A stretch of 63,472 nt of DNA, the filler included, from Circinaria calcarea (taxonomy: Eukaryota): assembly GCA_051942165.1 (NCBI GenBank). It is 10 parts of 10 records of this genome, joined end to end, with 100 filler letters (N's around TTAATTAATTAA, not from the genome) between each part and the next. Parts side by side here need not be neighbours in the genome. Positions count along the whole stretch, not along the records: positions 19,098 to 25,357 come from JAVECS010001623.1; positions 25,458 to 31,713 come from JAVECS010001624.1; positions 31,814 to 38,067 come from JAVECS010001625.1; 7 more parts are not named here. One strand, written 5' to 3'. How positions within the stretch are numbered: position 1 is the first letter of the stretch; every line of letters starts with the position of its first letter. Shown piece by piece: positions 20,638-36,587 of the stretch. The notes under the pieces were generated by a model, which saw only the letters and a program-made list of their open reading frames with translations, was not told where the DNA came from and searched no databases. The translations under genes were made by a program, and so were the position numbers.

Positions 20638-22375
20638 CTATTCAAGAGGTATGACTGTCATCTTCCAGCTGCTATTCTCGTTTGGCGGCCGTTCATATGT
20701 AACAATATCACTTCCACTGGTTTGAAAGAATACACGGTCGCCTAGATCATAGTCGGTCCCCCCTCTTAGCTGGCAGGTTATAGACGTTCCAGGAAGGGCT
20801 TTTACGCCTTCAAGAGTGAAAGTCGTCCCCCAGCGCCGGTGCTCGGCCGAGTTTTCTACATAATTGCCGAGGATCTCGTCATTCTCATCCTGGTAGAACA
20901 CATAGTGAAAATAACAGACAGAGGTATTGGGACGATTTGCCGTGATAGCATTGGTCCCTGTAGAAGACGATGATTAGTCAAGAAAGGAGTCTTTCTCTGG
21001 TCTTGGATAGAGCATACCACGGGTCCATTTTGCGACGGGATGAGTCGGAGTGCTGCTAGCCCGAGCATCCGTGTCTTTCCACCAGAACTCCAACTTACCA
21101 TCGGCGTTCGTCACCACTAAGGCTGCTATGATATCGCCAAACCATAACCCTGAGATTCCTGCAGAGCCCTTCGTAGCTGGAAACGTAAAGCCATTGGTCC
21201 ATGAATCATTGACAGAGGTACATTCATACTCATGCACTAACCCATCAGCTCTACCTACATATAACCTCATATCTACCCCTGATCCGTCAGGATTCGGGTA
21301 ATATGTTACAACGAATCCACTATCTGATTCTTTTTCCACTTCCAAATGGAGGCTTCCGAGACTCTTGTTAGTCCAAACGTCAGAAAGATTTGTTAGGACG
21401 GCATGCTGAATGATGCCTGAAGAGTCGGTGTAGAATAAGTGTAACTATGGGAGCGTTAGACTTTATTTATACGCATAATAGGACAAGGAACTAGTCACAT
21501 ATAGAACGTAGTTAATCTCGTATGAGGTCCCTGCTAAAGCAGTACCGTTCATTGCATTCTGAAGTCCTAAGCTTTCGGAACCTTGCCAAATACCGTTGTT
21601 ACTCAATCGGGTCGATCGAATCTCACCAGTGTAACTTTGAAAGACGAGCAAGACCATGTCGAAGCCATTAAGAGGATTGATGGCTATGAGGCCAGTCCCA
21701 TTAAAGGCTCCAGTGGTAGAGGAGTAGTCGGTCGGCCGGTCGCTGGAAATGTTTGTACTCGGACTGAATAGTGGATTAACTGTAGTTGGGGATGCTGAAG
21801 TAACAGAAGTCCGGGATACTGAATTGACCGTACTTGGATTGGATACCGGATCAACTGCCACCGGTGGACTAAAACAACGTTAGGCGTGTTCTGGAAGGAC
21901 CCGTGACTTATCTTTGGTACCTGCGGTTACCGTCGGTCCGTCGGCTTTCGAGTAGGAGCACAGGAGTGAGAACGGCTGTTAAGATGACGATGAGGAAGAG
22001 TACGATCATGCCGATACGCCTCCAAGTTGGTCGCTGATTGCATAAAGCATGACTGATTCTCTGACGAGGTCCTTGTCGCTCATCGCCTTTATGAAGACTG
22101 AGTCGAGGATGTGGACTTGGGCATAGCGCTTCCTTCTCCTGCCGATTGAATGCAAGCTGTAATGGCGGCGGTTCCATACGATGCTCCTGAGGGGTCACTT
22201 GTAATCCATCTATAACATATTGAGTACATCGCCCTGTATCGTCGTCCTGCCGATGGTTAGTAACTTCTGAAGGAGGCTGTCCTTCGCTAGACTCCTGCGG
22301 CTCGACTGCTTGTAAGCCGTTGTTGATGGTCAGTCTGTATCGCCGTGTGTCAGCGCTGCTGGGAAGTGGTTCCAT
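20638..22375 (-). CDS. Single-pass membrane protein with S/T-rich stalk and fungal fucose-specific-lectin-like beta-propeller; 3 introns
   Basis: TM helix IGMIVLFLIVILTAVLTPVLL; repeated blades LVFQSYTGEIR, LHLFYTDSSGII, MRLYVGRADGLVHEY, VFYQDENDEI; GT-AG introns keep the frame. Confidence 0.65.
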
Positions 22376-23436
22376 CTGTAAAGAGATCACTTGCTCTCAT
22401 GAAAGAACGAAAGGCATTAGGAATATCGGAGGAGCGAAAGCTTCCGACCCAGTCAAACGAGTATGGCACAGTAATATTGTGGACTGTTTCAGAAGCAGTT
22501 TTCGTGCAAGTTTGCTATTGGATCAACAGTCAATCAAATTTAGTAGACATCTGAGGCAGTATTTTACATATTTGTTTCACCAGGAAAACACGGCCATCAG
22601 TATCATCGGGCTATGCGGGTTGTGTATGACAGCAATTTAACCCCGTCGCTTTAATAAGATTCGATTGTGTCACTCGCGCCACTTATTTTGACCAGCACAT
22701 ACATTGAAAGAGCTGCGATTAAAGGTGTACGGCCGAACGAATAGGGGCAACTTTTCACCAGGCTAGATCTAGGCCACTGAGGATGACAAGAGCGCGTTTC
22801 GCAAGGCTAAAAATCAAAGTTTTAAAGGCAGCAAAGTGGAGTGCTAGATGAGGCACGTAAAGTATGAGCCAGTGAAGAAAAGAAGATTGGAAGGGGCATG
22901 CTGTTAAAACGATGGTGACTGAACTGCATTGCCTGATGGTGTAATTGCCTTGGAAGTCGTTGTGACCAGCCTTGTCTGCCCGGAACAGTATATGAGAAGC
23001 AAGTTGTATGGAGCGGGATAGCCCAAGTTAAATCCATGTTGGGTAGCCAAGAAAATACAACTCCATGTAAGTGGGCGACGGGGGGTTTCCATTGAATATA
23101 TATGTGTTAGAAGGAGGTAGAGATCCTTCACCGGACCGTATGGAGTAAATATTACCCTTTTAGGTTCTCACACAAAAATACACAATAGGACGGGGACTAC
23201 AAGGCTTAGCACGAATCCAGTGTCAGGGGGTGGTGCCTCGGAGGGTATCCCTGTCTCGAGGCTCTTCTCCGCCCGGATGCGCCCTCCTTCTAAATTACTC
23301 CGTGACTCTGTACGAGGACTGCCACCCTCATTGTTGTTCACTCTCCGACATGAAGCTGCGGTGTTGTGCTCCCAATTCACTAGATACGCATGTGTGATGA
23401 GAATCCAGAGTTTTCTCACATAGCACAAAGACCGTC

Positions 23437-25357
23437 ATGGATCTCACTCCGTCGCTCCGGCCTTGGATGCTTCGATACCTACTCCGCAAATCGAGGCACA
23501 TCACCCAGAAACGGAGACTATGCATAACCTGCTTGCGGTCTTTCCGTGCAAATACTCCGGTGTCGGTAGCGAACAGGGCGGCGCGAAAGGTCTCAAGAGC
23601 GCAGCCCCGTCCTCAATCCATTACGGCAAGGCATCCATGTTCTCGGGGCATGGCAACTGTAAGCAATGGTGGGCATATAGATCCCAACTCAAGGGGTCCG
23701 CTAGAGGAATACGATGAACGCGTTCATTCGCATCGGTTAAGAGATGATGAGCATCAACGTGGTAACATACCCAAGACGTATTGACACGAGGAACTATACT
23801 AAATTTTCTCCAGGCCTTGTTCAGAGTCTTCAAGATCTCCACGATATGCTCATAGAGTACCACCCACCCAAAGTCGTTCACCCTAGCATTTCCTCCTTGA
23901 AGCCCCAATCCCAGTCCTTCTTTGGTTCTCTTTTCCGTCGCAAGCCTCAGCAGAAACTCTCAACTCAAATTCCACCAAATCTGCCGAAAGGCCTATACAT
24001 GTACGGCGACGTTGGCAGTGGGAAGACTATGTTGATGGATTTGTTCTATGACACCCTCCCACCAAATATAACCTCGAAAACACGCATACATTTTCATAAT
24101 TTCATGCAAGATGTACATAAGCGACTGCACGCCATGAAACTGAAGCATGGAAGTGACCTCGATGCTATCCTTTACGTTGCGGCAGATATAGCGGAGCAAG
24201 CTAGCGTCCTTTGTTTCGACGAGTTTCAATGTACAGATGTAGCAGACGCAATGATTTTGAGGAGGTATGTGTGCGAAAGTCAGATTTTGGGAATGAGGTG
24301 CTGATAACATTGAAGACTTCTAGAAGCGCTCATGACCCACGGTGTTGTCCTTGTCACCACTTCCAATCGCCACCCCAACGACCTTTATAAGAATGGCATT
24401 CAACGCCAATCCTTTATTCCCTGTATCAATCTTTTAAAAACCCGCCTCCGGGTTCTCAACTTAGACTCTACCACCGATTATAGAAAAATTCCGCGGCCAC
24501 CTTCGGGCGTCTATCATCATCCACTCGATAAAGCAGCCGTCTCCCATGCGGAGAAATGGTTCAAGTTCCTCGGCGATTTTGAAAATGATCCACCACATAA
24601 ATCCGTGCAGAGAGTTTGGGGCCGCGATATCGAAGTTCCGAAGGCGAGCGGTAGGGCGGCGTGGTTTACCTTTGACGAGTTAATAGGTAAGGCCAAGGGT
24701 GCAGCGGATTACCTGGAGTTATGCAAGAGCTACGACGCTTTCATCGTGACGGAGGTGCCAGGGATGACGTATCGGGAGAGGGATTTGGCGAGGAGGTTCA
24801 TTACCTTTGTGGACGCCGTTTATGAAAGCCATGTACGCTATATACTTTCAATTAACTTTTCCAGACTGCTCAATTCACCTTGACTCTTTCGCCCCCAGAA
24901 CTCCCCCACCCAATACTGCGTTTTCGATTCACAAAGCCCTGTTCTAGAACGTCACGCTAAGTACCTCTTCCATCCTCTTCCAACAGGCTAAACTTGTCCT
25001 TACCTCCACTGTCCCCCTCTACCAACTCTTCCTCTCGCCTGACGAAGTCTCCGAGGCCCTCCACTCCGCCGATAGCTCCTCCACCCCCTCCCCTTCTTCT
25101 CCATCATCTACCAGTAGTAACCCCACCAACAACCACTCCACTCCAACCTACCCCAACAAACCCGCGCACCACGAGGACATCTCCGACCTGATGCGCCAAA
25201 TGATGGACGATCTAGGCCTCAGCATGAACGTGCTGAAATCCAGTAGTGTATTTAGTGGCGACGAAGAAAGATTCGCGTTTGGGAGGGCGCTGAGTCGACT
25301 TAGTGAGATGGGGAGCGCAGAGTGGGTGGAGAGGGGGATGGGGTTGGAGAGCAAGGG
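23437..25357 (+). CDS. AFG1: AFG1/LACE1 family mitochondrial ATPase, 3' end truncated
   Basis: PKGLYMYGDVGSGKTMLMDLFY Walker A, RIHFHNFM, LCFDEFQCTDVADAMIL Walker B, TSNRHP, ARRFITFVDAVYE, FAFGRALSRLSEM. Confidence 0.95.
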
Positions 25358-25457
25358 NNNNNNNNNNNNNNNNNNNNNNNNNNNNNNNNNNNNNNNNNNN
25401 NTTAATTAATTAANNNNNNNNNNNNNNNNNNNNNNNNNNNNNNNNNNNNNNNNNNNN

Positions 25458-27630
<2,173 letters not shown>

Positions 27631-28160
27631 GTTCATTTCAAGCTGCTAGGTACCTCTGCATAACACAGTCATGCATCCTACTGCGCTCTCTTAGATGCGA
27701 TTGTGACAATGGACACAGGGGGCTATCTATTTGTGGAATGACTACTTGCTGTCCTTGGAACGGGAAGAGCTGGGATGAAGACGTTAGATAGTTAGTTGCA
27801 GCTCAATTTCAACCCAGTTCTTCTAAATCCTCCTTGAGGGCTTCGGCTATCCTCTTGCCCTCTCTGACGTGACCATTGCCTTAAGACGGACGCTAATGGC
27901 CCGGGTGTAAGCGAGGACATTGAAGAACACAAAACCAACCCAGCAACACCCATATCAACACCTTCGTCTTGTAAATCTGAACGCCCACGTCACTGGGCAT
28001 GCATCTCGTGCTGCGTACAGAGTGACCATTCGCTCCAACTAGCTAGAACCGTGCTCCTTATCACAGTCAACGAGCCTGAGCTCAACCAGCTCGTGTGTGT
28101 ATTGTCACTTGCAGTCCTGTCGTCTGTTTGCGCGTCCGTTTACCACACCAGCGTACAGAC

Positions 28161-31100
28161 ATGAGCGCACCAACGTACTTGGCAACACCAGTTGCGAGTC
28201 AGGAATCGAGGTATGCCGCAGAAGCCAATCAGGGCAATGGCCCCAAGACAGGCGATTCGGGAGCTGGTGGAGACTCGTCCAAGAAGAATGGGCCTCAGCA
28301 AAAGCAGTATGACACTCCACCGTAAGTCTTCAACGTGGCATCCTCACACATGCACTACTTGTGTCGTTAACCAATGCAATGTGTAGTGAAAGCTATGCCG
28401 ACGCAGTCAGCCCTCTAAGCTCGAGAAAGGGTGGTAATCTGCGCGCTGAGAGTTTGGGGGTCAGCCGTAAGTTTATCCATATTCCCAACACACTACCAGG
28501 GTTGACTCTCGGCTCAGCGTCTGCCGGTAGAGGTCTTGGAAGGCCAATCTCCGAGCTTGGAGCGAGTGTTGAGGTGAAGCCAGCTTCGCTCTTTGGCAAC
28601 ACTAATGCCGCCGGAGCATTGCTCCAACTGTCACAGGGTCAGCAGAAGCCAGTACGTCCGGTACCTCCAACAAGCATTGGAGCATTACAGCAACGCATAC
28701 TGCCAGGTATCGCGGAACTTGACCTTCCTCGCGGTAGCACTATGGAACCTTCCATCAAGGAGCCTCAGGGTCCTCCGAATAGACCATTGCAGGACTCGAT
28801 AATTGGTTTGACGCATGCACCATCAAGAGATCCCCAGGATGTAAATCCGTACGCCTTCCGGGCCGATGAAATTGGTCTTTCTCATGGCATTCCCGGTGTG
28901 AGTCACTTAGGACGGTTACTTGAACCACCTGGATGGAAAGAGGGTGATGAGCCTATCCCTCCTCAAGAAGCAGAACGACTTTACAACTTGTCACGCAAGA
29001 AGGCAAGAGACGAGCTTGAGAGACTGCCGAACGAAATCTTTCAGCCCTCACTGAATACACAACGGAATGATCATGAAGGTAAAGAGAAGAAATGGAACAC
29101 AGATTTCGCAGTTGATGCGCTGGTGATGAAGGAGCGTGTTGCGGTATATGAACAGTATAAAGAGCGCCAGCGTAACAAAACACAACTTGGTCGGCTAAGA
29201 GTTCCACCTCCCTTACCATCACTTACAGAAGCAATCCCTCAAGGTGTTGGTCCACATCCCACAACATCTTTGTCGATACAGCAAGACCCATTCCGCGCGA
29301 ACCATAACGCTTATTTTGGTTCCAACGCCATCTCGAATCCCGAGCCTGTGATGCGAAATCATGGTAATAAGGAGTCTAAACATCCAAATCGAAAATCAGT
29401 GGTAGCTAACACCCTTACAGATGTGCATGCTAATCCAGCTTTGAAGCCTTCGCATTCTGGGCATATTGATTCAGGTAATCTGGACCCGAGCCTCCTGACG
29501 ACCTCTTTCAATATGGTATATGACCGTTATTACGGAGAGTTGAATGAGCTCGCAAGAATCAAAGGAGAGATTGATAACCGCTATCGTGCAGAGGAAAACG
29601 AGATTATGAAAAGAAAAGGAGAAAATGATCAGATGCTTGGATCGTTTATAGCAAAACACGGACAAGCGTTCTCTAACGGACCTATTTCGCCCTCCGTCCG
29701 TACTCCTATCAGCGCTCAATTCAATCAACCCGTGGCAGCCAATTTCAATCCATATTCTCTGCAAGCCGGATTCGCTCAGCCACCAACTGGATTTCCTCGT
29801 CCACCCGCATACAGACGCCCTGCCGTTTCGGGCTATGGGTATAATGTTGGGTCGGGGGAAGATCCACTTCATCCTAACTATCCATGTTCAACATCATTCC
29901 GAGATGTGCCTGAACCGCACTACCAAGGGAGTAGAGGGCAACCAACCTACCCTTCCGCACAAGGCCCAGCCCATCAAGACCCAGCCCATCAAGGCCTAGC
30001 CCTTCAAAGCCGTACCAATGAAAGCAGTATCAATGGAGGTCGTACTATGAAGGGTCGTGCTAATGAAGGCCGTGCGATTCCAACTGAAACTCAAGTGACG
30101 ACAACGGATGTGCGAGCCGCGTTTACGCAGCTGATAGAAATGAATTCCCAGCCAGACCAAAACATGGGAGACACGGGAGATTCAGATGCTCCTGCTGCCA
30201 CAAAAAAGGTAAGCCTGATTGCGACTCGCGATAAAATCCAGTGCACTAAGTTATACCAGAAACGGGCCCCAAGGAAGCGAGCGGACAAGCCACTTTCGTG
30301 GTATCACAATGAGGTGATAAAAGCGAATCCGCCAACATCACAGATTAGCCAAGCTGCAATGCAAGCAGGCATAGAGTATGGTAAAACAGGTGTGACTCCT
30401 AAGAAGGCTGCTGCACAAAAGCTTGAAGCGGCTAAGTCACAAACATACGGACGAGGCAAGAAGCCCGTTATCGATCCAGTGAAAGGAGTGCGTATCTCCA
30501 AAGAAGTCGCCGCGACGTTGATTGCCCAGGGTGCACGTGACTCAACTGGAGGTCGACTTACAGAACTTGCGAAGACGATCGCTGCATCCAAAGATGCGAC
30601 TTCAGCCAGTGCCACGAGTCAATCCTCCGTAGCCGGGAAAAATAACTTCAAGCTTCCAACTAGATCGGCAACATGGGTATCGCAAGCCCAAGGCAAGGCA
30701 GCACCGCAGGCTTCAGAGAGTCAAGTAAGTAAGACCTTTGCATGCGTCTCCAGCAGCCGCATTTATATCAGTTGCATTCACTGATGCCTTGCATAGAAGA
30801 GTAGCGCTGCCTCAAATGCGACGATCTCCAAGTCTGTGAACGCGAAACGCCGTGTTACGTCCAAGAATTCCAACGTCTCTTTGGAAAATGATGAAGACAC
30901 AGTAAGTGAGCTAAGTAGTGTGGAGGCCGAAGACCCAAAGGATGCTAGCTTTGGCAAGCGTACCACCACTCCATTGAATGTTAGTAACGCTGGGCCGTCG
31001 ACTCGTTCGGGAACCAAGCGCAAGGCCACGCCTCCAAATTCTGAAGGTCCATCAAGTGCTAAGAAGAAGTCACGAACTACTTCGAATGCTGCTCAGGCCG

Positions 31101-31204
31101 ATGGCATGTGTGACGATTCTCATTGTTCTGCCGACGAGGATATGCGCTCACCAATTCCTGAGCCATCTGAGCGTAAGAAGCGGAGCCGAGTGGTGAAACC
31201 ATGA
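28161..31204 (+). CDS. Large low-complexity, probably disordered hypothetical protein; introns about 28322-28386 and 30725-30796
   Basis: Open 2.4-kb exon flanked by GTAAGT introns; P/Q/S-rich with basic C-terminal patches (GTKRK, KKKSR, RKKRSR); no domain recognised. Confidence 0.65.
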
Positions 31205-33682
31205 TGCTGCTTACTAGCATCCTTGCTTGATTCCTGCTTGGTCTTTGTATGATCGCCTCATCATGGGACCGTCTTCAGGATAATCGGACGGTGGTTGTCG
31301 AACTTTGTGTGCGCGTGGTAAGATCTCGGAGTCCAAATTTGTTGATATGGATGTCGAAGTGCCATGACGGTTCTGTCCAGATTTGAATCACCACCCTATG
31401 TTGTGTCTTGATTTTCTGCACTCTGCCTGTAATCGTCTTCTCTCCAAAAGCTGGTAGTCCTGAATGATGCGCTGAGCATTCACTGGATATTGCCATACTT
31501 TCCTTAATCATTCACCTTGGACAAGTTCACTATTCCCTTCACTGTGCGTACTTTACGCGCCTTGAGTAGAGACAGTAGTGTCGGACTTGTCCAAGGGAAA
31601 CTCGGTTGTGTTCCCTTCATGTTCATTTCTCCCCTGGATATTCTAGATGGAATGAGGTTGGAACAAGAAACACACGGGGGCTGTCGCGTTTGTGATACAA
31701 AACTTCTACATCCNNNNNNNNNNNNNNNNNNNNNNNNNNNNNNNNNNNNNNNNNNNNTTAATTAATTAANNNNNNNNNNNNNNNNNNNNNNNNNNNNNNN
31801 NNNNNNNNNNNNNAAGTCAGGTATACCTAGAGCTCGATCGAGGAAATGACAGCGATTTAAAGAATCGTTTGGAGGTCGAGTTGCCAGAGATGAGTGCAAC
31901 GCTGAAGAGATTGAGGGAAGCCGCGCGAAATGAGTTCGCTTGCTTCAAGAAACAGAGAAATCAGAAAGATCGGCCGAACAAGTCATAGCTGACTTGGTGA
32001 TTACGATTCATCAAGTGGTTCATGTATCTTACCTAATCTAGAGACATTCGAGCCCCTGGCCACCTTACTTCCGCGTCTCCACACATGCTCTTTGCCTACA
32101 TCATTAGTGTTGATTCCTACTCAGTGGCTTCATTCCACGGAATGTTAGCTGATTGACATCTAGACCTAAAGCAGAATGTATAATGTCTTGAGTAAGGTTA
32201 AAATATCTAGCTAAGGTATCTAAGCAACTTTGGAGTTTCTTTGGGACGAAGGGATACCATTGTATAACCTAACACTGTCCAAACGAGCTGACTTGAAAGG
32301 TGGCTTCCAACTCGTGAGATTTCTTTCGCTCATAATTGGGCGGGCTCCGGCTAATGCATCAAACATTGGTTCTATAGGGCGCGAGCTACAGTTATGCAGT
32401 AGCGAAGAAATATCAAATAAATTGGCGTTGACGCGATCCACGGATACCATGAAGTACTGCAGATGTTGGACTTTTTAGGACTTTTTTTTGATTTTTTTTA
32501 TGCTTTATAAATACCGTGGCTAACGAATGACAGATATAGGGTGCCTATATTCTGGACCTCATGCAGTTCATTGACCTTGACAAATTGGACAAATGAACGG
32601 TACAACCCCTTAAATAGAGGGGCTCCCTGCGATACAGACCAAGCCAAGACAACACCATATTACTGCAATACTATGGTAATGTCTTCTATCCCGAGCTGCA
32701 TCACGTGACTGCAAACAGCTGACATTCAATGATCTGCGTAGTCATATCTTGATAAAGATGAGAATTAAGCTGGTGAATTCATTATTGTGTTAATCGACGA
32801 CGCGAGTGCAGCTAAACTTGATGCATTGTTGCAAGATTCTATTCTCAACTACCCGGACGTGTCCCTCCCAGGAGACTCCCCGGCTGTTAGTAAAGCATGA
32901 TTTGGCTTTGAATACTAAATCAACAGGTAGCATGACTTATTGGTCCTAAATCGGGACCTTTGATCGACGGCAAGAAGAATTTTTTTAAAAGACAAATCTT
33001 GTTTTTCGAAACGAGGAAACTAAAGCTATTGATTAGCCTTTGACGTCCTGTATATCTCCAAGTATTCATAATAATTCTATGCTATATCAGCTTTACATAT
33101 CCATCCCTGCCGATTTTACAGACTCACTGCTTAGTTTCACTTGATAACAATAGAATACCTGGTATGTGATCTGACATTTTATCACAGCTCAAGAGATTAT
33201 TCATGCAAGCTTTAAGTAGCTATTCCACTAGGGAGCTACAGAGAATTACCACTGTATCCAGAGCATACTGGCTTGACCCGGAATTTTCACCAGTCAGGAT
33301 ACCCCTATTAGGACTCTTCGAGGCTAAATTACACTTCCGAGTTCACATGCATCAGCCTCGAGGCGATAATCTACAAGGCTCTACGATAAATGAGCTACAA
33401 CACGAGTGGGAAATCAAGAGTTAATTTAGAGTCTAAGACACACGTCAAGCACTTTGCCTCTATTGCTGGCTTTATGGCCTGTGAATCTGTTATCCATCGG
33501 CGCCTGCAAGAGCTGCTGAAGACGATGTCTTCGCACATTTTAAGGAGTCTTCGTAGACAGGCAATAGCATAGTTGAATTTTTTATCATGAGGGTGCTGGC
33601 CATCCTCCAAGCATTACATTAGGTTTACAAAGCCCTACTTAAGTCTATGTAGCTAGGGATTCAATCAGAGTATCTATGGGTA

Positions 33683-34511
33683 TCAAGCACCTAGTATCTC
33701 CGCCAGTTCTCCAAGACCGCCATCCTTCTTACCATCAGTCCCATCTATAAACAAGTCCACATCCCCTCTCACTCGCTTGTTGTCCAGGTCAAGGTCCTCT
33801 GTCGGACGTTGCACGTATACAGTCTTCATTCCAGTACTCTTCGCCCCTGCGAGATCATACGCGTGAGCTGCTACCATGACGCACTCGGAGGGGTTCAGTT
33901 GCAATAGGTCGAGGGCTTTGAGGTAGATTTCGGGATCAGGCTTGGTCAGGCCAAGCAGTTGGGAGGAGAACAAAGCGTGGAAGGGCAGGCCGGACGACTT
34001 GACGACATCTAGTTGGAGACGGGTGGTCCCATTTGCAAGGACGACGACGAGAAATTTCTCCTTTAGCCGCGCGAGGGCGTGCAATGCGTCTGGCCAGGCT
34101 GTTGAACGGGATATCGGGGTTGTAGATCAATGGTCGACTACAACATAGAGCTGGAGAGAAATACCAACCTGTTTGTGTATGCCAGCTGCCAACGAGTTCT
34201 GTGCGTACCCCTTCATCCCATTCCTGCAGCCCTACCCCGCTGTCCTCCAGAAGCTGATCGAGCACCCGGCGGTGGATGACATCGATGTCCTCGGCTGCTT
34301 GCTTGGCCTGAAATCGCGAATGGATTTCGGTAAAGAAGCCGGCTCGCCAGTTTGCTGCCAGCTGAGGAAGCCCCTCGGGCGGGAGCGCAGGCAAAGCGGG
34401 TGCGGAGTTAAGGGAGGGGAGGACAGAGGACTTCCAGTCAGTGCATGTACCCATTAGATCAAACACCAGGGCCTTTGGAGCGGGAGAGAAGAGACTTCGG
34501 GGGGAGGACAT
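33683..34511 (-). CDS. HAD-superfamily hydrolase, haloacid dehalogenase type II-like; one intron about 34099-34169
   Basis: VFDLMGT motif I, LANGT motif II, KPDP motif III, VAAHAYDL motif IV. Confidence 0.9.
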
Positions 34512-35072
34512 GGTTCGTGGACTATTTGCAATTGACTGGAAGGATGGATGTGGTTACTTTAAGGCGGCGCGCCTTTACGGATCCAAATGGTTCTTGGCCC
34601 GGGGCTTTCATCTTCTGCATCGTGCTCTTACAGTAACACAATTCACAAATCGGTGCTGTAGGAAGCCAGTGCGAGCGGCTGCAAGTTTTGTTCTATCTTT
34701 CACGTTATCCTTAATGAGAGAGCCACTCAATTAGAGTGTTGGATCCCGAATGGACGCATCCGTACTTTCCCCTGTTGCAGAAGCGTCAGAGCTTGCAAGA
34801 CATTCTCCTGCCGAGCCAAATGTCATCCGAGATCAATTCTTCGAATCTGAGCCGTCTTCTCTTAACTCAATCTTCAATCTCTAGTTACACGTGTCGGTTG
34901 ACCGCTGGCTGATATGCCATACTGCGTTTCAATGTTTTATTCAGCCTGTTTCATGGGCCACCATCTCAGGCGTTGCTATAGCCGATAGCTAATCCCGACT
35001 TAGCTACTTAGGGGCTGGGACCATAACTCATCCCTCCAGCTTGGCTCGCAAAGGTCACTTGTTGACGACCAT

Positions 35073-36427
35073 TTGCTGCATTATGCAGTAGCTAGAGACC
35101 TTCACCCAACAGCAACAATGCTCATCTCAAGGGAGCTGATTCCAATCGCTCCAGTGGCACCGGATTTCCATCTCTGCCATCCGGAATATGGAACCGGAAT
35201 TTCGCCTGCGGATTGTAACTATGCAGGAGATACATATCTTCCACGAGGGCAGAACAGAGTTCCAATGTATCTTCGCAATCCGCGCCTGCCAAACCGGCTT
35301 CCATTCTCTGTGGCACATGGTAAGGCAAGGCCGTTAACGGGATGCCAAGGCTGATCTTGGGGATAGGCACATGCGCTATCTCCGTCGAACATGCCGGGCC
35401 AGACTACACTCGTCCTACAGTCATCCAACTCGTTCCAAACAAGATCCGTGCATTGGCAGGTCACGTCATCAATCAGTGTGCAGGCCAGGGCGGGGGCATC
35501 GGCGGATTTGTGACTGAAGGTCTGGATACGTGGGTGCAGCTAGTCGCGTACAGCGGAGCGTGGGAAAGTCGTAGGCCATTTACATTCATTCATAGCCCAT
35601 CAGGTGCTAATCAACAACGGCCTAAGGGAGTTACAACTGGCGTCAATTCCCCTCCTCGCAGAACTCCCCTAATCTGATCACTATTGCCGTAACGGGTCCA
35701 CAGCAACAGCTCCGAAAGCCAGGCGATACAGATCCCGCAGTCCTCGGGCCACTGATAACGAAGATGTGGGAAGAATACCACACTCAAGATGTAATCGAAC
35801 AGATACAACACTATGACATACTCGAAGAAAACCTTCGAAAACGACAAGAGGAGATGAAGAGAGGCGGTTCGTTGACATGGTGGGACCCATCATCTCCCCA
35901 AGGCGTTGATGAAATGCAATATGAATGCGACGTTGATCTAGGCACTCCAAGCTTGGCCGATTGTACTAAAATACAGTGGCAAGGCCTCGGACCGCCATCT
36001 GATACTGTGACCATCGGCCCGGAGACGCCGAAATTTTTCACGTCGAGTAGGTGAAATCACTTCTGGCCGGAAGACTCGCACACGTACGTTTGATCGTCGC
36101 TGACATCACTTATCAGATTCTTGCAATCTTGTCATCTCAGCATCCAGACTCACCGTCGTTACTTGGGCACAGCTACAGACTGCTCTAAGTACCCTGATGA
36201 ACGTCTGCGTTGGGAATCCACTCAAGGCACCGCGAGGGGGCAGAGCATATCACCAGCTTCAGCCTTCTCGCAAGAGGAGTCAAACAGATCGCTCACTTAC
36301 CGGCTTGAACGCCTTGCCATCTCACGTGAACATGACGGTTTTGGAGCACAAGGCGGCCGGGACAGTGCATTGCGAATGGGAAGCTGCGCAGAAGAGGCGA
36401 CCTGTCTCCTCTTGCGGTACGGCCTAG
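35073..36427 (+). CDS. Cys-patterned two-domain hypothetical protein, probably secreted; multi-exon, start uncertain
   Basis: Domain 1: CHPEYGTGISPADC...TCAISV...VINQCAGQGGGIGG. Domain 2: YECDVDLGTPSLADC...SCNLVI...LMNVCVGNP...RGGRA. Joined by GT-AG introns. Confidence 0.55.
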
Positions 36428-36525
36428 CTAGAACTTTACACTTAACGTGACAACAGCAGTCTTTTCGAAGGGGAGTGAAGCTGTATCATTTAACGTCTTG
36501 CTAATCGGTGGGAGCCTTGGTGTTT

Positions 36526-36587
36526 CTGATGAGACGATATGATATGTGACTGATGAGACGATATGTGGCTAACTGACGAGACGATAT
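36526..36587. repeat. Three copies of CTGAYGAGACGATATG
   Basis: Direct 16-nt repeats with 6-8 nt spacers, downstream of the 36427 stop. Confidence 0.8.

Noticed and set aside
20856..21101. Apparent frameshift in the lectin-like gene
   Set aside because: A phase-1 GT-AG intron (about 20959-21017) restores KWTRGTNAITANRPNTSVCYF.
36526..36587. CTGATGAG/CTGACGAG repeats resembling a hammerhead ribozyme core or a mini CRISPR array
   Set aside because: No downstream GAAA core or stems; spacers are only 6-8 nt; eukaryotic context with no cas genes.
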